From: Catajapyx aquilonaris
Lineage: Eukaryota
Direction: 5' to 3'
NCBI GenBank assembly: GCA_000934665.2
Contig: JYFJ02001264.1
Location: 62,001 to 85,049, forward strand
Length of the DNA: 23,049 nucleotides
Below are positions 1 to 12,168 of the stretch, piece after piece. The notes under the pieces are model-generated. The model was not told where the DNA came from, did not search any database, and was given only the letters and a program-made list of their open reading frames with translations. Every line of letters starts with the position of its first letter. The stretch's first letter is position 1. Both the position numbers and the translations under genes were made by a program.

Positions 1-691
1 TCCAAATTGCATTAATTTTAAAGAGGTTGTGGGGAGCATGTTTACGCACAACGTTGTCAAGTAGGTCTTTATAAGACAACAATATTGTTGAGAGTTGGGA
101 GATAACTTTTTTTCTCGTTCTCTCCACTTGAATGGCACCCGCGTGACCAATAATGTACCGTTTCCTAATGGACCTCCGTCACGCGTTGTCTGCTTAATTC
201 CTCTAATACTCCGAAAGTGAATCCTAGCTCTAAGAAAAAAAAATCGCGCGGAACTTGAAGAACTTGTTAATTCTTTTCCTCAAGACTCATTATTAAATTT
301 CTCGTGGACCGCCCCTTCAATCCTTTTCATTTTTTTCGCTTCGTTATACCCAAGACAAATGTAATTTTTCTTATAAAAGCAGCTTAAAAGAACTTCAAAA
401 GTTCCCCATTTCCAGTCTACAGAACGTCCATCCATTAGAACTCTCCAAGAGCCAGGCGGCATAAAGCCTTCTTGAGAGCTATGCTAATTACTGCGCACTT
501 TTTTTTTAACCCCACCCCAGTGCAGAAGCACATTTCCCAAACGACTCGTCTTCTACAGACAGTGATTTCTAGCAAGGTTTTTTTTTCCCCCCTCCCTATT
601 TTTCCGGCAATCTAAGTCCGGCAAAAGCCTGGACCCAATGCGGTGAGATGTTGATGGAGTTCATTTTCTTTCCTCTTTTTTTGTACCTCAG

Positions 692-978
692 GGCACCAGT
701 GGGTGAAATCGAACTTGGGAGTGACTCCCAAGTCGAGCTGGTCGGTCGATCCCTTCGGACACGGTGCCACGGTCCCTTATCTGCTACAAGAAGCCGGCAT
801 GGAGAACATGGTGATCCAGAGGATTCACTATGCCTGGAAGCAGTGGCTGGCCGAGAAGCAATTGGGCGACTTTATGTGGCGGCAGAGGTGGGACACATCG
901 GGGAAACACGACATCCTATGCCACAACGCTCCGTACGACATCTACTCCATCAAACATTCATGCGGGCCACATCCACAG
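692..978 (+). CDS. alpha-mannosidase exon (GHQWVKSNLG...CGPHPQ), contains the catalytic nucleophile motif
   Basis: Polypyrimidine tract plus cag at 689-691; donor CAG|GTATGT at 978/979; encodes WSVDPFGH. Confidence 0.92.
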
Positions 979-3900
979 GTATGTCCTAGGTACCTCAATA
1001 CGTAACATGTAATAATTCTGTTGTACGTCGCAGGTGTGCTTGGCATTTGACTTCAGGAAGATACCGGGCGAGTACACTGAGTACACCCTGGAAGCGGTGC
1101 CTATAACCAGCCGTAACGTAAAGGCAAAAGCTGAGCTTCTCCTGGAGCAGTACGGCCGTACCGCCTCGTTATTCCCACACAACGTGGCTCTGGTGCCAAT
1201 AGGCGACGATTTCCGTTACACCCACGATGTCGAATGGGACCAGCAGTACCGCAACTACAAGATGCTCTTCGACTACGTCAATGCCAACTCGGAGCTGTAC
1301 AATGCGGAGATACAGTTCGGAACGCTGGATGACTACTTCCGGACGGTTCGAGAGCGGACGAAGGCCTTCCCTAGTCTTCAGGGCGACTTCTTCGTGTACA
1401 GCGACATCTTTTCCGAGGGAAGGCCCGCGTACTGGAGCGGATACTTCACCACCAGGCCTTACTGGAAGCTGCTGGACCGGGAGCTGGAGGCTGCACTCAG
1501 ATCCGCAGAGATCCTGTACGCCGTCTCTTTGAACCGAGCCAGGCAGCAGGGGCTTAACCGTACTGTACAGGTGAGTTACATGGTCGGTCTTTTCCGACGC
1601 CAGTAATCCTCCCTTAGTTCAATGGGGATATATAGAGAGAGAAAAAGTAGAAGAAGGGGGAGAAGGGAAGCTTAATTCCTGTTCGTGGACTCTGAGGGAG
1701 TAAGGGGCTGTCAAAGCCACTTGTTTGCCCAAACGAAGCAAAGTGGAAAGGTGGGGAGGATCACCTTGAATCATCCACCACTTTCTTTGTGTTTCTTTCA
1801 ATCCCGGAGTTTGCCAAGCTTTTGGGCCGACCCTTCAAAGATATGGACCGGGGGGGTTCTGCGACGTTTCCACTCGCCGGAGATTCTGTGTGTGCGAATC
1901 TAATGCGCGAAACACTCGGCACATGATGGTATGAGGGTGTTTTCTGGCCGGTTATAGACCACAGAATTTGTGCCGGAAAGTCTCGGATAAATGATGTTTT
2001 TTTTTTCAAGAAGGAGGGATATGAAGTAATGGAAGGTGCGCCTGGAATGTAGCTTTCGTGCAACCCAATTGTGACGGATAGGTTAACTAACAGCCAGGAT
2101 GAAGAATGTATCACTATACTCTGGGACCATTAGGCGCCCATGTAAAATTGGTGGTGAATAAGTCATTGAGGGCAACTTTTAACGCAATGAAGCGGCGCTT
2201 TTTCGTTTGCATAACTTGGAAGATCTTTTCTGCTCATTTTCACAGTGAACCACTTTACTTGAGAACTTGATTTGAGGCGCTGCAGGCAATTTAAACACCG
2301 TAAGAAATGTGAACCCACGGGCTTTCATTGGCTGCATCAAATTAGTACGCGAATTAATTATGGCTCGGTTATTTTTTCCAGCGATGCTGATATTCGAGAA
2401 CCTGCAACAGAGCCCTTTACAACACCGATCGTTGCATGCGTGTTAATTTGAGACCCGCGCACAATAAGGGCTAGCGACGAACGAATCAGGGTGTTGATCC
2501 AGACCATGATGACTCTCCAGCTATGTACATATAATCTAGGATGCATTCGATCGATAAACACACGTGCAAAAAAAAAGGTTATTCAGATAGTGGTGGGTCA
2601 TTTCGCACGCTGTAAAGCGCCCGAATCGAAGGCGTCATCTGACTTTCTCGATCATTGATGCTCCCGGCTGGTGTGGTAATCCTGTGCGTCATGCAGTATT
2701 ACCGAGAAGGGGTTGATTTTATGGCGCTGCTGGGATTGAAAACGGTGGTGGAAGGCGGGGCAGGAAGAGGCGTGATGGCAAGGAAACCGCGGTTGTTCTT
2801 GCGTGAAAATGCTCAATCCCGGCTTGTAAATGGAGGCCGAGGGTTTAAAGGACAGTTTAAATGGGCCGTGCTAATCGCACTATCATAATCAATCTTCTTC
2901 TAGCGAGAAAGCATGTGGCTGTTTGGTAAGCAGGCAGGGTGCGCAAGCAATAGGCTTCCCCTCCGACATGCCCTCCATTTTACGATCCCCCTCCCTTCCA
3001 CATACATCCCTCCCTGGAGCTGCAACGTGAGATGGATTCCACCGGGAATCCAGATTACAGGCCTCGCAGCATCTCTGGACTCCCTTCCCGTCTCCCGATC
3101 CCCAGGAGCCTTGGCTTCCCTCTTTTACATGGTAGTAACTCGGGTTCGGGTCGATTGGCCACGGCTTTGTCACGCCTGGTTCGGTACACTTCGATAGATG
3201 CTCGGTTCATTTGGCGATTTATTTTTTTTTGATGGGGATGAGTCATGTAATTAGTGCTGACGCTTGCAGGTTCTGGAACGAGATTATGAGAAGCTGGTGA
3301 GGGCCAGGCAGTCCATGGGACTGTTCCAGCATCATGATGCTATCACTGGAACTTCGAAGGCGTATGTGATGCAGGATTATGGAGTGAAGTTGTTCGAGGC
3401 TCTGCAGGATGCTATGGGTGTGCAGAGCCGGGCTGCTCAGGCACTTTTGGCCGATGACTTGTCGCTGCCTCCTCCGCAAGGACAGCAGAAAACGAGCGGA
3501 AGGACTGCGCAACCTCAGGGGCAGGTGAGATGTCCTATAGTCCTGTTGGATTATTCATTGCGAACATGGAATATTCTTCGATTGTTGGTGCTAATGTTTT
3601 GTTGTCGAACTTGTGTACCTGTCAACTTCCCATTGTGTTGTCGGTATGTTGAAGTGTGTGCTTGATTCTTCCCCTATTGCCCCCCTGCAGGCGTTTCTGC
3701 TTCCTGACACGGATCGGGAGGCGTTCGATAAATTAACGAGGAAGATTCCGCTGGTGGTGCACGAGGGGGAGCCCCGAAGAGTGGTGCTCTTCAACTCCCT
3801 GGGGCAGAACAGGCAGGAGGTGGTCAGGCTCATCCTTCAGACTCCGCACATCAGGGTGATGGATCAGGACATGCAGCAACTCACCTTCCAGGTTGAGTCC

Positions 3901-6357
3901 CCTCGTTTCATTCTTTTGGAGGAGGGGGGGGATTTAAAATATTTTTGGTTTGCGGATCGAGGGATGGGAGGTCATTATGGGGTCACCTTTCGCGGCATAA
4001 AATGAGTTATTAGTGTCGTCGGATGTGATGAAGGGGTAATGGCTCCAATTGCGTGCTGAAAACAGCACTTTTCCACCCCTTTTATGCTCGGTTTCCAACC
4101 TCGTAAAACGGGTCGGAAAACCCAGTTTCCCTGGGGATTTACCTCAAAAGTGTCGGCTGGAACAAAAAAAGCTGCATTTACTAGGGAAAAATCATGTAAC
4201 TTGACAGCTAATAAATTCCCGATAAATTCACGTGCTGGTGGACGTTATCTTCACCGCGTTTGTGGTCTGAGTTTCCGCCTCAACCTGTGAAAGGCACACA
4301 GAAACATTAAACCTTGCGCCACAACCAAGCCATCTAAAGCTGTGATGTGGAGGAATTGTGTAAAACCAGTCGTATAATGATGGAACCTTTCTTTTCCAGA
4401 TCAACCCAGTGTGGAATTTGACCTCCGAGGGCCTTCTGATCATTCAAGGATTGTATGAGGTGGTGTTTGTGGCTGAACTGCCTCCTCTCTCGTTGGTCAC
4501 CTTCTTCCTGGAGAGAGTAGAGAAGGTGAGTGGTAGTGGTGGAGAAGTGGAGGAAGAACGGGCTTTGGTCTACTGCGCCAAGTGCGACAGCAGCCCTGCG
4601 TCCTCCTCCAAGCTGGCCTTTGAAGTGCGGCCTCTCCAGCCTGGAGATATCCAGCTGGAAAACCAGAAGCTCAAGCTGCTGTTCGATGGTCGAACCGGAT
4701 TGCTGAAGGCCATCACGCAGAAGTCTAGTGGGCGTACCACTCAAGCAGCGCTCCAGTTTGCAGCGTACCCATCAGCACAATTCCACAGCGGTGCGTACCT
4801 GTTCATGCCCGATCCCAACTCCAGGACGCTGGAGAAGGAGGTGCTGAGCGACGGATCGCAACAGCTGTTCATAGTCAGCGGACCTGTGGTGTCGGAGCTG
4901 TCAGTGCTGTACGACCGGTTTCTCCTGCATACCGTGCGGCTGTACCACTCGGATGGAGCACTGGGAGAAGGGCTGAGTGTGGACAACCTGGTCGACTTTG
5001 AGCTGCCTCCGAAGCACAGAGAGACAGAGCTGTTCATGCGGCTGGTCACGGACATTGCCAACGGGAATCCGCCAAAGTTCTACACGGACCAGAACGGATT
5101 TCAGATGCAGCCCAGGGTGAGTTGCCAGTCCTGATTTATAATTGAGGAAAAGGAATGTGAGGACGCCCACTTCACCTGCGCCCTGAAAGAGTCAAAGTTT
5201 AATAGGAAATGGAAGCAGTCTGAGGGGTGAATATTGCAGAGCAGTCTGCATAATGCGCTGGGCTGCTCAACCACTACAACTTGAGATAAAGAAGCGCAGG
5301 TGCTCTCTAGCCATGAAAGTGAGCCAGCTGTGCTGTCTGCTAATGGCTGCTGGTAGTGCCACTGTGTCGCTTTTATAAATTTTATGTGCAGACGTACAGT
5401 GTGTTCTGACTTGAACTGATGATTTGACTATTCAGACCAGATTGCACCTCAGAAGGTATATCGTAGACTGCGGTCTAAGGTGTGTAATCATTTAACGACT
5501 TAAAATTTTCATGATAATAGAATGAATGATATGTGAGGATTTGAAGAGTTCAGTAGCATTATTTTGGCTTTTTTTAAAGTAAATTTCTTGCCGTACCTGC
5601 TCTGATTTGTGCAGTATTAATATAATTATGTGTAATGTTTCAGGTGCGTGTGGAGCGAATAGGAGTGGAAGGCAACTACTACCCAGTGACCACTTCTTCC
5701 TTCATCGAAGACGGTGATCGTCGTCTGACCCTTCTGGTGAACCATGCCCATGGATCTACCAGCTGGCAGCAGGGATGGCTGGAGGTGATGTTGGACCGGC
5801 GCACCCTGTATGATGACTCCCGTGGTATGGGTGAAGGAGTGGTGGACAACAAGCGCACCCTCTCCAAGTACTGGATCCTTCTGGAGGACCTGGGTCCAGA
5901 CCGAGGCACCTCCCCGCCAGCCTCCCCAAGCCTGCTGGCCAACCATCTTTCTAACAGCCTCCTGTACCCTCCCAACGTGTTTGTGGTGGACGGTGTGGAC
6001 CCAGACAGGCTTCGAACGATGGTCAACCTCATGTCGCGTCCCCTCCCATGCGACGTACACCTGGTCACCCTCCGCACCCTTTCAGACCAGTTCTACTACC
6101 AGTTCCCATCTCCCAGTGCTCTGATGGTGCTGCAGCGACAGGGCATGTCTTGTCGGGCCCCGTCGAAGATGACGCGGTGTAAGCCTGCTGACGGGCACTC
6201 TTTACACCACAGCACCAACTTCAGATTGGTGCAAGTCGGCTCACTAGCCAGGACCTCTCTCACTGGGCTGCATGTCAGGCAGTCCCTGCGCAATTTTGAC
6301 CATGTCCTGATAGCGCCAATGGAGATACAGACTTTCAATGTCACCTTCGCGCTGTGA
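692..6357 (+). CDS. alpha-Man-IIb: Golgi alpha-mannosidase II-family glycosidase (GH38), alpha-Man-IIb/SfManIII-like; 5'-partial, exons 692-978, 1034-1570, 3270-3524, 3691-3891, 4400-5116, 5644-6357
   Basis: All introns are GT-AG and the exons join in one frame (about 903 aa visible). GH38 motifs present: WSVDPFGH (nucleophile Asp), GDDFRY (acid/base Asp), YWSGYFTTRP, QHHDAITGT (metal ligands), FYTDQNG, GNYYP, LEVMLDRR. The stretch [28 protein letters not shown] resembles the insect IIb/SfManIII type rather than dGMII. The subclade call is from recall. Confidence 0.93.
1034..1570 (+). CDS. alpha-mannosidase exon (VCLAFDFRK...LNRTVQ)
   Basis: Acceptor cgcag at 1029-1033; donor CAG|GTGAGT; encodes GDDFRY and YWSGYFTTRP. 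Confidence 0.93.
3270..3524 (+). CDS. alpha-mannosidase exon (VLERDYEKL...QPQGQ)
   Basis: Acceptor ttgcag; donor CAG|GTGAGA; encodes LFQHHDAITGT. Confidence 0.9.
3691..3891 (+). CDS. alpha-mannosidase exon (AFLLPDTDRE...LTFQ)
   Basis: Acceptor ccccctgcag; donor CAG|GTTGAG; encodes VVLFNSLGQNRQEVV, typical of the GH38 C-terminal beta region. Confidence 0.88.
4400..5116 (+). CDS. alpha-mannosidase exon (INPVWN...FQMQPR)
   Basis: Acceptor ttttccag; donor AGG|GTGAGT; encodes SGAYLFMPD and FYTDQNG. Confidence 0.92.
5644..6357 (+). CDS. alpha-mannosidase terminal coding exon (VRVERIGVEGNYYP...NVTFAL*)
   Basis: Acceptor tttcag at 5638-5643; encodes LEVMLDRRTLYDDSRGMGEGV and PMEIQTF; TGA at 6355-6357. 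Confidence 0.93.
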   Translation: MRVERIGVEGNYYPVTTSSFIEDGDRRLTLLVNHAHGSTSWQQGWLEVMLDRRTLYDDSRGMGEGVVDNKRTLSKYWILLEDLGPDRGTSPPASPSLLANHLSNSLLYPPNVFVVDGVDPDRLRTMVNLMSRPLPCDVHLVTLRTLSDQFYYQFPSPSALMVLQRQGMSCRAPSKMTRCKPADGHSLHHSTNFRLVQVGSLARTSLTGLHVRQSLRNFDHVLIAPMEIQTFNVTFAL

Positions 6358-8651
6358 TAATAGTGCGTGTGTGCTTCCAGAGACTTTCGGGGGGTAAGGG
6401 GGGGGGGGGGGTTGACACTGTTGGGGTTGCGACGGACCCCACTTTTTTGCATGGTGATTGACATGGACCGACTGATGTTTTTTGGTTGTTTTGATTTCGA
6501 GTCTTGGGGATGGGATGGGAGGGGGGATTTTTCCGTCGGTGACAGTGCCCTTTTGTAAGAACAGCATGTTGGCCTACCTGTCTTAATCTGTTGATTGCAC
6601 ATCCACGGATATTTTTTAACTTACTCTGGAGGGCAGCTTTTTAGTAACAGTATTCTGTTAAACGTACATTCCAAGGGCTTTTACTGCATCTTTTTGTTGG
6701 CTGATCACTTGGTTGGTATCACACTGATAGAATCAAAAGTTGTCTTTCAACCAGATGGCAAACGCCTGTCTTGATACCTGTGATTGTATTGAAACCGTCG
6801 GCTGTGTAAGTAGCAGATTATGATGGTAGGAGGTGCTTCCTGAACTGAAAAAAAAGTATGGTCAAGAATGCCCAAGAGCAGCTCAGGTAACACGAGTCGA
6901 GGACAAATTAAGAAGAATAAAAATATGAGCGACATTCGCCACAGACTCGTGATCCCAGTGATCCACCACATGTTGACAAGAGAAGGTGAAAGCTAGAATA
7001 GGAAAAAAGGAAAAAAAAAAAATCTCAAAAAAAGTGTCACATTTATTTACACCATTTTTCCAGTATTTATCCTCGGGATTAGTTGTGTCTATTGCTGCCT
7101 TATCGTTTTTATACAAGTGTGCACTTTGTGATTTTGTTTTATAAAAATTTGTAACGACCGTCTCTGTGGTGTGGGGTTGGACCTAAATGCGATGTTAACC
7201 AACCAGTTGTGTGTGGGACAACTCTGACAAATCACCATGGTGCGACCTGATTCTGTTTAATTTTAACACCGCCTTTATTCGAATCGTTCTGAGTTGGGTC
7301 CGAAGAAAAGGTACAATTTATTCCATTCGGGTGACACTTTTTATCTTTACCCTAGAGTACAGTATGTATCTATTGTACATAACGGGTTAATGACTATTTG
7401 TTGAGTACGTGCATTGTTTTTTAGTATTATCCTCAGCTATACTGTGACTAGAGCCACATTGGCCGACTAAAAAGATTATGTATGTGGATTAAGAGAGATG
7501 CTCTTACGATGATATGATTGTCATTGTAACGAAAAAATTTCTTGTGTATCTGAGAAGGTTTAAGTGATGCGCGAATGGTGGAGGGCGAATGTGTATAATA
7601 AAGAAGAGATGAATTTAAGGGCCACCCCTTTAATCCTCCCGACGTGCATGGGTTCCCAGGGCTATTTTGGAGAAGAAAAGTGCGGCAGTACATTCACGAT
7701 CCAATCAGCGAGCAGCCTCATTCTCCAATGAGGTCTGGAGGACGTGCAAGTTAGAGTGTCCGAACCGACAAAAGAAAAGAGGAGGGTTTAAGTTGAATAA
7801 TTGGAGGTAGGGTGATCTCAATTAGGATAAGAGTAGAGGGGGGTGGAATCTCCAGTTCCCTACATAGGAAACTGCTTCTTCTTCTCCTCTAACTTCTCTT
7901 TTCCAGCCAATGGGAATGTCTTGGAGCAAATGAAGTCCGCTTTTCTCTGGAACAAAAGACTCTCAATTGGAGCGAGGAAAGCAAATCACGGGACCACTTT
8001 AATTGTCGCCGGACTCTGTCGCGCAGATAACTCGAAGCTGCCTTGGGAAACTACAGTTAGCTGACATTTTGTGTAATTCGAAACGTGTTTGTGACCCCCC
8101 ATTTTTTTCCCCCTTCTCTTTTGCCTGCCTCGCTTAGTTACTCTGTTGAAAACTGGGAGTGTAGTTTGTCGTAGAAGAGAGCCCGAGATCAAACTCCATT
8201 AGGAAGAAGGGGGCTGTTTCCATTTCCAAGAAGGGGCAAAAGATACTGCCACTTTTCTTTTCCGTCCCCCCAGCCCGTGTTATTTGCACAAAGATTTGAA
8301 CAGCTGGATGTGTTCTCCAAACCTAGAGTAAAAAGGGGGATGGGATCGATATGACTTGAAGCCAGCTATTCCGCTTCCATTGCGGATTGTATGCACAATC
8401 GGCGATCCGGCTGCACAGCAATCAGGCCGATGCCATCACCAGGTAAATAATGAATCACGGGTACGAAAATCGCGCCGGTTCACAGCCTCAAAGTGTGAGT
8501 GGTTCGCAAATATTGCGCCAGGGTGATGACAAATTTTGAAGTGATGTATGCTGGTTAGTGACTTGTCCACGCACATTGCAATTGTTCAGTACGGCGCAAA
8601 AAGACAAGTGGTAATGTAACATGGTTGTGCGCGTATATTAGTAGAGTTGGA

Positions 8652-9238
8652 GATTCGCGAAAAATCAATTGTGGCTGCTGCAACACTACATGCTCGTGCC
8701 ATCTGCCGCGCAATGTGCCAAGTTGTAAAGTTCAAATGGGCCTAACTATAGTTGCAATTATGACGTATAATTATTGTTGTGCATCGTCATATCGGTCACG
8801 TGTACGTATTTTCAGGCACATGTCGATTCTGTTGTACAGTAGGCTACATAACTGTTTAGCATTCCACGAATTGCATCAGCTTCTTCACCAGCATCACTAT
8901 TATTATATTAACATAAACAAAACACTATTATTAGAATGTAACAGCATCCATTTGGAAGTCTTCTCTTAGAAGCGCGTGTTCGTCAATGAATAATAAGTAA
9001 CTATACAGTAGATGTGACATATTGCCACTTGACAAATTATTGTATTGAATTAAAATATTTATTTTTTTGTTTCAACTGTACATTCTACATGCCTGTCACC
9101 GGTTGTTACCCCACCTGAGGCAGGGGTTTAAGGGACTACTCGTGTGCGGCACTAGTCACTTACTTATTCCACGTTTTTTAAATGACTACTGGTTTGCTTT
9201 GTACGGTATCGGCCACCTGATGCGCATACGCACTTGCT
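8652..9238 (+). pseudogene. Remnant of a fourth gustatory receptor copy: upstream flank plus part of intron 1 and part of exon 2; exon 1 deleted
   Basis: 8652-9035 aligns by eye with the GR1 upstream region 9421-10144. ~9105-9180 matches GR3 intron 1 (17668-17740; accccacctgagg...actagtcact). 9206-9238 (gtatcggccacctgatgcgcatacgcacttgct) matches GR3 exon 2 (17797-17829). Confidence 0.75.
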
Positions 9239-9420
9239 AATGAATGACTAATAGGAGACGACAACTTTTCTGATAGCAATAAAATCCCCTCGTTTTGGAA
9301 TGAAGCCACTTCGTTCTAACCTCTTGACTGTTGTATTATTAAATTCATTTATTATAATAACATTGCAGGGAATGCGCGAGCAATATACCGTAGGCCTCTA
9401 TTAGTAGGCCTATCTCTGAC

Positions 9421-9597
9421 GATTCGCAAAAAATCAATTCGGGTTGTTGCAACACTCCATGTTCGTGCCATCTGCCGAGCACTATGCCAAGTTGTGCAGG
9501 GGAAATGGGCCTAACTATAGTTGCGATATGACGTGCAATTGTTGTGCATCGCACAATATCGAGTAGTGCACGTCACGTATAGTTTTTTCAGGTGCAT
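9421..9597 (+). repeat. Diverged direct-repeat copy of 8652-8822 (segmental duplication unit of the GR array)
   Basis: Shared text includes gattcgc-aaaaatcaatt, tgcaacact-catg-tcgtgccatctgccg, tgccaagttgt, aaatgggcctaactatagttgc and ttgttgtgcatcg. Confidence 0.9.
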
Positions 9598-9844
9598 AGC
9601 ATGATGAAAAATTAAATATTGTTGTGCATTACTGCTTTTCATTCCATATGATTTATCGTTGTGATCGTCGCCTTCACCAGAATCATCCTTGTCATTAATC
9701 AAATAAATAAATGTAATAGGCTATATTAAGCTCAAACGAACGTTACTGTGGCTTTGCCAATTGCCATTATTATGGCATTTATTTACTTATCATACCCCGT
9801 GCTAGAACCTTTGGCTCCCTTAGGGGGGTGGATTACCACCATTG

Positions 9845-9974
9845 GATGGGAATGGGACCAGGGACGGTAGGGAGGGAAGGAAGCGGCTGTGGCCTATTTT
9901 TACGGAAACGACCCCGGAATTGTCCTGGGGGGAACTGTGGAAAACCACAGAAAACCATGGTCAAGGTCGCCGGT
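9845..9974 (-). mobile_element. Truncated SINE-like repeat (body of the abundant tRNA-derived SINE type seen in hemimetabolous insects)
   Basis: gggaaggaagcggctgtggccta...cccggaattgtcctggg...ggaaaaccacagaaaacc...gccggt matches a recalled SINE body consensus. It lies in the segment present in the GR1 upstream copy but absent from its 8652-9035 paralog. No tRNA head is visible. Confidence 0.55.
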
Positions 9975-10273
9975 ATTATTATGGCATGGGATTGCCTGAT
10001 TGGTAAATCCACAATAACGTTTGTTGGCTTTCGGCGGAATAATATTGACAGACAGTATTGTTGGGCGGATAACAGCCTACCGTGATAAATATGCGTGTTT
10101 GCCAATAAAGAACTAACTAGATTTGATATATTACCACTTGACAATGTTGACATATCCACACCACAGTGGGTAGGCTACCGGCTCGAAGTCACAGGTGCTG
10201 GTATACGTATTACAAGGCATCTCACGTAATAAGGAGGAGGTAGTACATACTGTGATCAGGCGTGGGCCTAATC

Positions 10274-12013
10274 ATGGTGCGTTCGGTTCTGAAAAGCTCT
10301 GTGACTGCGTGGAAGATGAAAAACGTGTTTTCGTTCAAATGGGCGTTCAAGCCAGTAGTTGTGTTGTCCACTGTTGGTGGGATGCTGCCTCACCCATTCT
10401 TCGAAAGATACGAATCCAGTGGAAATCGCAAGTATCGTTGCATACATTACTGGCCTGCTCTCCTCAACCTATGTGCCTTCACTTTCTACTATACGTACTG
10501 CACTGTAACGCCTCCTGTTCAATGGTCACAGCTGCAGCATATGGACCCGATTTCTGTGACCAACGCTTGTATTTGTTTCTTTTCAATCCTCTTTCTGCCG
10601 ATAGTCATTTTCATGTCAATGCAGAAGAAAGCAAAGGGCATTAGTGGTCTCATAGACCGCCTTTCTTCTATCGAGGGTGAGCTCTCAACTGGATCTCGCC
10701 AGTCACTTCGGAGGTACTCGTACCTGCTGGTCATTTATGGGTTGTTATTTCTTCCTGCTGTCTTGCTCTTGGCTTGGTCAGATATTTTCCAAAAAAGTGT
10801 CAGGCTCGAGGACTTCTTATTTCTTGCTTTGCTGACACACAGCAACTTCGTGATGAATATTCCGATCATGCAGGTTATGTTCTTGGCCAGGACAATTAAA
10901 ATACACTTACAAGAAGTAAATGCCATTATCCATGCCACAGCCAATAAGTTGAAGGCAAGGCAGGTGGCAATTCCAAATCAGGATCATGATGGAAGCAGCA
11001 AAGGACTTGATGTTGCCTGGAGGAATTTCATCGAGCTCTACGAAGTGGTTGAAGAGATTGGAAACATTTATGGACACAGCTTGACAATCCGATATGCCGC
11101 GTTCGTCTTAGATGTTACTGGCTCTCTGTATATTACTTGGCTTTCTGTGCTGCTTCTGTTTCGGGTGACTGGACGGTAGCTGGATGCACTTTGTTTTCAT
11201 TCTGCAACATCATCGCCATTGTTGTCATTACCACTGCTCTGGGGGAAATACCATTAACCGTAAGTTGAGATTGTTTTCGTAACAGTTTCACTGATGTGAA
11301 TATTTGATACTTATTATCTTTTACGGCAAAGGCTAGCAAGAACACTGGTGACCTGATGCGTGTACGGACATATGCTACCAGCACCAAAGAACACAGGGAT
11401 TACGTACGTGTTTTTTCTTATATATGATAGCTATAGAACTTCCATAAAAAGCTGCAATATGGTTTATCGTGATTTTGAAACCTGCATGTTTTGCAGGCGG
11501 AGTCCATGCTGCAGCTGTTGTTGGGGCCTCCAATTCAAATCTCAGCATCTCATTTCTTCTCCATCAAACATGGGCTAGTGACTTCGGTAGGTGCAAAGAT
11601 ACGTAATATTATTAAGGGGAGGGGATCAGTATGGTGCAAATAAAATTAGGAAATAATGCTCAAAGTCTTGACAAGTCTCAGCAAGCCATTGCTAAATGAT
11701 ATTTGCGGGAATTCGTCAGATACAGTATACACTGTACTTCCTGGACTTCTTTTTAAAGATGATTGTCATTGTATTGTTGACGCGATTACTTTTCTTTGTC
11801 TGAACATTGTTAAAATGAGCAGAAAACAATTTTTAATGCTCTGCAGGAAGTCGACAATTTGAATCCTTTCTTTTGCAGATCCTGGGCACCATCACCACAA
11901 ATTTTATTATTTTAGCGCAATTCAGGGGAACTGAAAATCGGAACGAGGATCAATACGCAGAGCCGAACTACTCTTTTGTGAATTTTACGGTAGCCAATAA
12001 TGTCACAACGTAA
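10274..12013 (+). pseudogene. Gustatory receptor GR1 (7tm_7), frameshifted; exons 10274-11259, 11332-11403, 11497-11586, 11879-12013
   Basis: Paralog of the two downstream genes with the same three phase-0 introns. An extra TA at ~11129-11132 (CTGTATATTAC vs CTGTATTAC in both paralogs) shifts the frame to a stop at 11177-11179. The signature motif reads TNFIILAQF instead of TYFIILAQF. Confidence 0.85.
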
Positions 12014-12025
12014 ATTTCCATCTTT

Positions 12026-12084
<59 letters not shown>

Positions 12085-12107
12085 TATTATTATTATTATT
12101 ATTATTA

Positions 12108-12168
<61 letters not shown>
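12026..12168. repeat. Compound microsatellite (ATC)n followed by (ATT)n
   Basis: Directly visible; starts 13 nt after the GR1 exon-4 stop. Confidence 0.98.

Noticed and set aside
1571..3269. Large mannosidase intron with several 60-117 aa ORFs; possible nested gene
   Set aside because: No recognisable domain, consistent exon structure, or TIR/TSD was found by eye.
4334..6602. Several long antisense and alternate-frame ORFs over mannosidase exons
   Set aside because: These are shadow ORFs expected from GC3-rich coding sequence, with no recognisable motifs.
6916..9060. Candidate poly(A) signals for the mannosidase (AATAAA near 6916 and 7597; ATTAAA near 9049)
   Set aside because: There are several candidates in AT-rich sequence and they cannot be ranked without transcript data.
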